From an uncultured Prevotellaceae bacterium (GTDB lineage Bacteria > Bacteroidota > Bacteroidia > Bacteroidales > Bacteroidaceae), in NCBI GenBank assembly GCA_937877625.1, contig CALFJG010000072.1, forward strand, positions 50,683 to 114,682: 64,000 bases of DNA, in the 5' to 3' direction. Below the pieces are notes generated by a model. It worked only from the letters and a program-made list of their open reading frames with translations, made no database searches and was not told the DNA's origin. The translations under genes and the position numbers were made by a program. Of this stretch, positions 58,319 to 64,000 are shown in pieces. Position 1 is the first letter of the stretch. Each line of letters opens with the position of its first letter.

Positions 58319-60874
58319 TTAAGGTTCATAGCATTTCACGCGCGTACCATCGCAGCCCACCGCCATAATATAGGCGGGTGAAGTGCTTTCCGACGAGGTC
58401 TTCCAAATAGCATAAGTATAGCGATCAGAGCCTTGAGTATCGCCTAATCCATATATTGTGGCGTGAAGCAGGTTGCCTTCTGCATCGTACGTTTCATAGC
58501 CCACAGCTCCTTGCCACACGTAGTTATCTACTTTAACAACGGTATGTCCGTTGAGCGAGGTACGCGTGCAGCCAGTGTTAGCAGGAATAAGAGCGTCAAG
58601 CTTCACATTGTCTCGGAAGATATGCATATTATAGGCATTCATATATACCAACTCGGCAGGCACGGCAGTATATCCTTTGTTATTTATTAGGTTTCTGGCA
58701 GAATTGATCATACTACGCGTAATAGTGAGATAGCCACTTGTATAGTCGTCAATCGCTACGTTGTTCATCACCTTTAGCATACCTGCTTTCTCAAAGAATG
58801 GGAAGAAATTAAGTCCTGAAGTATTGCAGATTTCTTTCAAGAAGTTCATACGCTTGTTAGCATCGGAAGCAGAAGTGAGCGATGCTGTGGTACGTATTTT
58901 TTCAAAGAAATCGGGGAAAGCATTGTAGGCTTTATCAGCCGCCATTGTGTAGAGCACCATTTGCCAAAGAGGAACGAGGCACACAAAGTGGTCAATCGTT
59001 GTACTGCCATACTCCGTTTCTGTTTGCCAATAGTAGTCAGCTCCAGCATTGTTCACCACGTCCATATTGAGGAAGTTTTGCATACGTCCGCCGCGTACGC
59101 TTCCTATAATACAGTTTATACGCTCGTCCTCCAAACGGAGTTGCGACCAAGGCAGTTTGTATTGCACCCAAGCGGAATAGATATTGTTAGTTACCTCGGT
59201 CATTCCCACCCAGCGGAAAGCAGCAAGCTGGTTGTTGTGACCTAATTCGTGGGCTAAGCCCCAGGACTCCAGGTTGATAGGTGTCACCCAGCCGCCGAAC
59301 GATCCCCAAGCGCAATTAGAACCTTCGCTATTGGCAAAGAGTCCTGATACCACAGGCCGCACAAACTGATGATTTTTCGGTGCGCGATTGTGGCGGAACA
59401 AGCCCATTAATTCCCACTCTCGCCACACTACGCTGTCTAATTTCTGTGCCAATTCGACACCGCGAGCCGGACACTGCGCTTTGAGTGCATAGAGCGGGGC
59501 TACCACATGGACGCGCGGTGTAATGATGTCCATCACCTCGGCCTTGGCTTCGGCAAGCAGTTTTTTCCAATGTACATTATCATCGGTGTCAAGATTGAAA
59601 TAGCCATTTTGTGTGCCGTAAAGGAAGTGGAGCTTCACAGGCTCAGAAGTGGCATAATCGGTACGATAGTAGAGCACGTAACTTGTGCCGCGATTGGTAG
59701 TATTGATAACGTTGAGTCCATCGTGGAGCGTGTACTTCGAATCGGCTCCTATACCGTCAAGTGCTAAGTTATATACTTCAAGTTGTACACTACTGCTACC
59801 TATCCCACTGGCTACAATCGCCGCCTTTTCGCCTGCTGCAAAGTATATACCCGTGGGATTTTCGTGCGAATCATAGTAAGCCGATGTCTTCAGTTCGGCT
59901 TGCAGATTTACGATAGGTCGGTAAGCCTCATACGTTCCCACACGATATGCTGTACTGTATGTGCCATCAAAAATATCTTGTGCCAGTTGTTTAGCCAGCG
60001 GATTTTCCACTGCGTCAATATCAGCCTGCGTTACGTCTGTACGAAGTACGGTATAGAGGTCGTCGGCAAAGAGTTCAAAACCTCCCGACGAAGAACCGCT
60101 ATCGTCCATAAACTGAATCTCGGCGGCAGAAATATAACTCTGATAACCTGCTGTGACACTAATACGCACGGACTTCACATTGTCCACACCGCCGCTACCG
60201 AGGCTATATGTCTTCTGCGCATCATCGTTTTCATAATTTGCAGAGCCGTTTTCTGAGTAAGTCGTACCGTTCGTGCTGGTGCTTACTGTGATACTCTTAA
60301 AAACGCCCGTGCCGTTGCCTCGTGGCAAAATAAGAATACGATCAAGATGCTGTGGCTCGGCAAAGTTGAATGTTAGCGTCACAGGAAACGTGGTAGAACT
60401 GCTCCAGGTGCTATGATAGTATGTGCTGGTATTACCATCAAGCGCATTGGTTATTGGCGTATTCTCTCTACTACTCTCCGATGATGAAGCATAGGCTGAT
60501 TGCACTGTTATTTGTCCGCTGGCGATAGCGGTAAAAGGAGTGGCAAGTTGCGTCAAGGCTATCGTCTTTGTTTCGCTATTACTTTCAATAGAAAGATTGG
60601 CCGTGCGCTCCTCGCCGTCGTTTCGTGAGAAAGAAAGTAGCACACCATCAGCCACTTTTTGGGCTGTCACCCATGTGGCATCCGTAGTAGCCGTGTAGTC
60701 GGCACCGAAAGCCCCAATCTTCAGTGTTTGCTCGGCAAACGAAATGCTACGCGAGGCATCGCTGGCAATAACGAGGGGCGCATTTACTGACGGCACCGGT
60801 GTCTGCGCTTGCACGGCAAAGAACGGAAGCAAGGCAAGCAACAGACTGCAAAATGTTTTCAAAATCGTTTTCAT
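58319..60874 (-). CDS. M60-like metallopeptidase with BACON-like and CBM32/F5-8-like modules
   Basis: Signal peptide; WVTA...NDGEERTA (BACON), NALDGNTSTYYHS (discoidin), ENPTGIY, AHELGH...EVTNN gluzincin motif. Confidence 0.87.
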   Translation of the reverse strand: MKTILKTFCSLLLALLPFFAVQAQTPVPSVNAPLVIASDASRSISFAEQTLKIGAFGADYTATTDATWVTAQKVADGVLLSFSRNDGEERTANLSIESNSETKTIALTQLATPFTAIASGQITVQSAYASSSESSRENTPITNALDGNTSTYYHSTWSSSTTFPVTLTFNFAEPQHLDRILILPRGNGTGVFKSITVSTSTNGTTYSENGSANYENDDAQKTYSLGSGGVDNVKSVRISVTAGYQSYISAAEIQFMDDSGSSSGGFELFADDLYTVLRTDVTQADIDAVENPLAKQLAQDIFDGTYSTAYRVGTYEAYRPIVNLQAELKTSAYYDSHENPTGIYFAAGEKAAIVASGIGSSSVQLEVYNLALDGIGADSKYTLHDGLNVINTTNRGTSYVLYYRTDYATSEPVKLHFLYGTQNGYFNLDTDDNVHWKKLLAEAKAEVMDIITPRVHVVAPLYALKAQCPARGVELAQKLDSVVWREWELMGLFRHNRAPKNHQFVRPVVSGLFANSEGSNCAWGSFGGWVTPINLESWGLAHELGHNNQLAAFRWVGMTEVTNNIYSAWVQYKLPWSQLRLEDERINCIIGSVRGGRMQNFLNMDVVNNAGADYYWQTETEYGSTTIDHFVCLVPLWQMVLYTMAADKAYNAFPDFFEKIRTTASLTSASDANKRMNFLKEICNTSGLNFFPFFEKAGMLKVMNNVAIDDYTSGYLTITRSMINSARNLINNKGYTAVPAELVYMNAYNMHIFRDNVKLDALIPANTGCTRTSLNGHTVVKVDNYVWQGAVGYETYDAEGNLLHATIYGLGDTQGSDRYTYAIWKTSSESTSPAYIMAVGCDGTRVKCYEP

Positions 60875-60918
60875 AGTAAAAAGGGTTAAGGTTTAGGGGA
60901 TCCTCTATAATTCTCTAT

Positions 60919-62514
60919 TCATTGTTTGAGTAATTGCAAGCCGCGCTGTACGATATCGCTCCGACTGTTGACGAAGCGGAAGTATTCGCTGCGATCCCAT
61001 AAGTTGTAGGCTGTTTGTGCTTTGAGGGAGAATTTTAAGTCGTCCATCGTAGCCTGTAGTTCATTTTTGTCTTCGGGTTCTATGCCTTTCTCTTTTGCAG
61101 CAGCAATGATAGTATCGATAAGGCTTTGCGGAACGACGAAGTTTGTCTCAAAATCGCTGAACGTGGGGTAGCGTGCCAAAAGCAGGTTGCGGTTGTTCAT
61201 TGTGTAGCGAAGCACGTTTTGCGAAAGAATATCGGTACGTCGCATCCGACTAAAAAACTTTGTTACTTTTGTTGTATCGAGCGGCACAAACACGTCGGGC
61301 ATAATGCCTCCACCACCGTAGACGGTGCGTCCTTCAATGAGTGTGTGATAAACGAGTGTGCTGTCTAAGTGGATGCTATCTAATGACGACAGCTCGCCGT
61401 TGTTGTATCGGTTTTCTACATCGTGGTCATAGTCTTCTTTCTGACCTTCCACATAGGGTTTCTGGATACAACGTCCTGTTGGTGTATAGTAGTGTGCTAC
61501 GGTGAGGCGTATCATAGAGCCATCGTTGAGTGGAAGGGGGCGTTGCACCAGTCCTTTTCCAAACGTGCGGCGTCCTACAATAGTAGCACGGTCGTAGTCT
61601 TGCAGTGCGCCGCTAACTATTTCTGAGGCGGAGGCGGTGTACTCATCTACGAGTACCACAAGCCTTCCCGAGCGCATTAATCCGCCGGGGCCTGTGGTAT
61701 AGTTGTGGCGAGCCACCGTGCGGCCTTCGGTATATACCACCAACTGTCCTGCATCTAAAAATTCGCTCGCTACATCAACGGCAGCATCAAGATAGCCGCC
61801 GCCGTTTTGTTCGAGGTCGAGCAACAAGTCGGTCATACCCTGCGACTGCAAGTCCTTCAATGCCTTTCGGATTTCCTCGCCGGTATTTGCGCCGAAGCGT
61901 TCCAGGTGGATATATCCGATACCAGGTTCTATCATATAGTATGCATCAAGCGTAGGTACAGGAATTTTGTCGCGCACAAGCGTGACGTACCAAGGCTTTT
62001 TCACTCCTCTGCGTACCAATCCGAGGCGTACGCGTGTTCCTTCGTCGCCACGCAGACGTTTCATAATAGTGTCGCGTGGCATCTTCACGCCGGCTATTGG
62101 TTCACCATCTACGCTAATGATACGATCGCCTGGTTCTATGCCTGCCTTTTCGCTCGGACCGCCTTTTGTGGCAGCAATCACCACGAGCGTATCGTCGAGG
62201 ACATTGAACTGTACACCGATACCTCCAAAGCCACCTTGCAAAGGTTCGTTGAGACGGCGTGTTTCCTCGGCATTGCTGTAACTGCTGTGAGGATCAAGTT
62301 CTTCAAGAATGCCCTCAATGGCGTTTTCCACAAGGTTGGCATCGTTTACGGAGTCAACATAGAAGTTTGAGATAGCCAACACAGCCAATTGTAGTTTGCG
62401 CATCTGCTCACTATCAAAATCAAAGCTGCCTACGCGCTGTGCTAAGGTGCTCAAGGGGAGGGTTAGAACCAAGAGCAAAAGAAGAAATGTTTTTTTCAGA
62501 GACGTTGTAGTCAT
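60919..62514 (-). CDS. S41 C-terminal processing peptidase
   Basis: LDPHS, PDZ GGIGV, LDLEQNGGG, ASASEIVSGALQD, TFGKGLVQ. Confidence 0.92.
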   Translation of the reverse strand: MTTTSLKKTFLLLLLVLTLPLSTLAQRVGSFDFDSEQMRKLQLAVLAISNFYVDSVNDANLVENAIEGILEELDPHSSYSNAEETRRLNEPLQGGFGGIGVQFNVLDDTLVVIAATKGGPSEKAGIEPGDRIISVDGEPIAGVKMPRDTIMKRLRGDEGTRVRLGLVRRGVKKPWYVTLVRDKIPVPTLDAYYMIEPGIGYIHLERFGANTGEEIRKALKDLQSQGMTDLLLDLEQNGGGYLDAAVDVASEFLDAGQLVVYTEGRTVARHNYTTGPGGLMRSGRLVVLVDEYTASASEIVSGALQDYDRATIVGRRTFGKGLVQRPLPLNDGSMIRLTVAHYYTPTGRCIQKPYVEGQKEDYDHDVENRYNNGELSSLDSIHLDSTLVYHTLIEGRTVYGGGGIMPDVFVPLDTTKVTKFFSRMRRTDILSQNVLRYTMNNRNLLLARYPTFSDFETNFVVPQSLIDTIIAAAKEKGIEPEDKNELQATMDDLKFSLKAQTAYNLWDRSEYFRFVNSRSDIVQRGLQLLKQ

Positions 62515-62562
62515 AAAAGGGGTCTAAAAAGTTAGAGGGATTTTATGTAGTTAAGGCTGGTA

Positions 62563-63012
62563 CTATTTTGCTGTTTTTGGCAAAAAATCGCTTACATCGC
62601 GCCCGTATTTTATCAGTTCTCGCACCACACTGCTGCTGATGGCTGCGTGCTGCGGTTCGGTGAGGAGTAGCACGGTTTCTACTCCGCCGAGGCGTTTATT
62701 CATTGCTGCCACGTCGCGCTCGTATTCAAAGTCTTTTACACTGCGCAGGCCGCGAACGATAAAGCCGGCACCTACACGCCGTGCAAGGTCTATCGTAAGG
62801 TCGTCGTAGCTCTCCACTTGTATGCGCGCTTCGCCTTTATATAGTTCGCGGATAAACTTTACACGTGCCTCGGTGGGATAGAGCGGGCGCTTACTTTCGT
62901 TGACACCCACACCAACAACCACTTTGTCAAACAAAGGCAGAGCGCGCGCCACAATACTTGCGTGGCCTATGGTGAAAGGGTCGAACGATCCTGGGAAAAC
63001 GGCTATCTTCAT
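62563..63012 (-). CDS. coaD: Phosphopantetheine adenylyltransferase
   Basis: FPGSFDPFTIGH, VRGLR, ISSSVVRE. Confidence 0.96.
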   Translation of the reverse strand: MKIAVFPGSFDPFTIGHASIVARALPLFDKVVVGVGVNESKRPLYPTEARVKFIRELYKGEARIQVESYDDLTIDLARRVGAGFIVRGLRSVKDFEYERDVAAMNKRLGGVETVLLLTEPQHAAISSSVVRELIKYGRDVSDFLPKTAK

Positions 63013-63141
63013 GGCATCTTCAATGACTCATAAAAAGAAATAAGTTGAGAAAGCGTTGTGTGCAATCCTGGCAAAAGGTTCTATAGGGAATGAGGTTCTT
63101 TGTCGCAAGAACGTATCTCTACTCTAAACAAACCCGTTTTG

Positions 63142-64000
63142 TTAAACAGCCTCTTCTTCTGCAAGGTCTTCTTCTACACGAAGGTTCTTGATGATAAACT
63201 GTTGGCGATCCATTGTGTTTTTACCCATATAGTAAGCCATCAGTTCGCCTGGCTGATCGCTCTTATGTAGCGTCACTTGCTCTAAGCGCATATCCTGACC
63301 TATGAAGCCACGGAACTCATCGGGAGAAATCTCGCCCAGTCCTTTGAAACGTGTAATCTCTGGGTCGGGGCCGAGGCGTTCAATAGCGGCAAGGCGTTCC
63401 TCTTCGTTGTAGCAATAGGCTGTTTCGTACTCCACGCGCTTCGCCCCGCTGCCTTTGGCACCTTTCTTCTTGTTACGCACCCGGAAGAGCGGTGTTTGGA
63501 GGATATAGAGGTGTCCTTTTTTGATGAGGTCGGGGAAGAACTGTAGGAAGAACGTAATCATCAGCAGGCGTATGTGCATACCATCGACATCGGCATCGGT
63601 AGCCACGATGACTTTGTTGTATCGCAAGCCGTCAAGCCCGTCTTCGATATTGAGGGCGGCTTGTAGGAGGTTGAACTCCTCGTTTTCGTACACCACCTTT
63701 TTTGTCAACCCAAAGCAGTTGAGCGGTTTGCCTCGCAGGGAGAACACGGCTTGTGTGTTCACATCGCGGCTTTTTGTGATGCTACCACTGGCGGAGTCGC
63801 CCTCGGTGATGAATATGCTACTCTCTGTGCGCGGGTCGTTTTCTTCGGTTAATTCCTCGCCTTTTTTGAGTTTGGGTGCAGCATCGTTGTAGTGTACCCG
63901 GCAGTCGCGCAGTTTGCGGTTATGGAGGTTGGCTTTCTTGGCTCGCTCGCGTGCCAACTTCGTCACACCGGCAATGGCTTTCCTTTCCTTTTCGCTGTCC
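63142..64000 (-). CDS. parE: DNA topoisomerase IV subunit B, C-terminal part (truncated by window edge)
   Basis: [28 protein letters not shown] (TOPRIM), RFKGLGEI. Confidence 0.88.
   Translation of the reverse strand, partial: DSEKERKAIAGVTKLARERAKKANLHNRKLRDCRVHYNDAAPKLKKGEELTEENDPRTESSIFITEGDSASGSITKSRDVNTQAVFSLRGKPLNCFGLTKKVVYENEEFNLLQAALNIEDGLDGLRYNKVIVATDADVDGMHIRLLMITFFLQFFPDLIKKGHLYILQTPLFRVRNKKKGAKGSGAKRVEYETAYCYNEEERLAAIERLGPDPEITRFKGLGEISPDEFRGFIGQDMRLEQVTLHKSDQPGELMAYYMGKNTMDRQQFIIKNLRVEEDLAEEEAV

Overview
This is a 64 kb chromosomal segment from a Bacteroidales bacterium, probably Prevotellaceae, judged from TAnnTTTG promoters, porX, fkp, a T9SS-type C-terminal tail and a tmRNA tag GENSYALAA. 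Most of it is housekeeping: plsC-fkp, acnA-icd-gltA, porX, ssrA, a flippase, an oxaloacetate decarboxylase-like gene, rlpA, mutS, ahcY, the purH'-mreBCD-mrdA-rodA operon, aroB, an S41 protease, coaD and partial parE. It also carries host-glycan enzymes (GH89, M60 peptidase). Two accessory loci stand out. (1) At 28.1-32.3 kb, a defence island pairs an EcoRI-family adenine methyltransferase with a DUF262-HNH nuclease. A G8 tract in the methyltransferase gene sits ahead of two homologous C-terminal modules in different frames, suggesting a three-state slippage switch. A DUF2442-HTH/MNT/HEPN cassette with its own promoter and operator-like palindrome lies between the two genes, and a PIN toxin with an unannotated 45-aa upstream ORF follows. 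(2) At 0.1-3.8 kb, a stand-alone LytTR regulator and an FHA/zinc-ribbon membrane protein sit beside two acidic single-pass paralogs. The paralogs share a C-terminal motif and duplicated promoters with 21-bp-period direct repeats. Also seen: a DnaA-box-like cluster and a possibly structured leader near rlpA, a 36-bp inverted repeat pair bracketing 4.8 kb, a 78-bp dispersed repeat and several long hairpins. All calls come from reading the sequence by eye; no searches were run.
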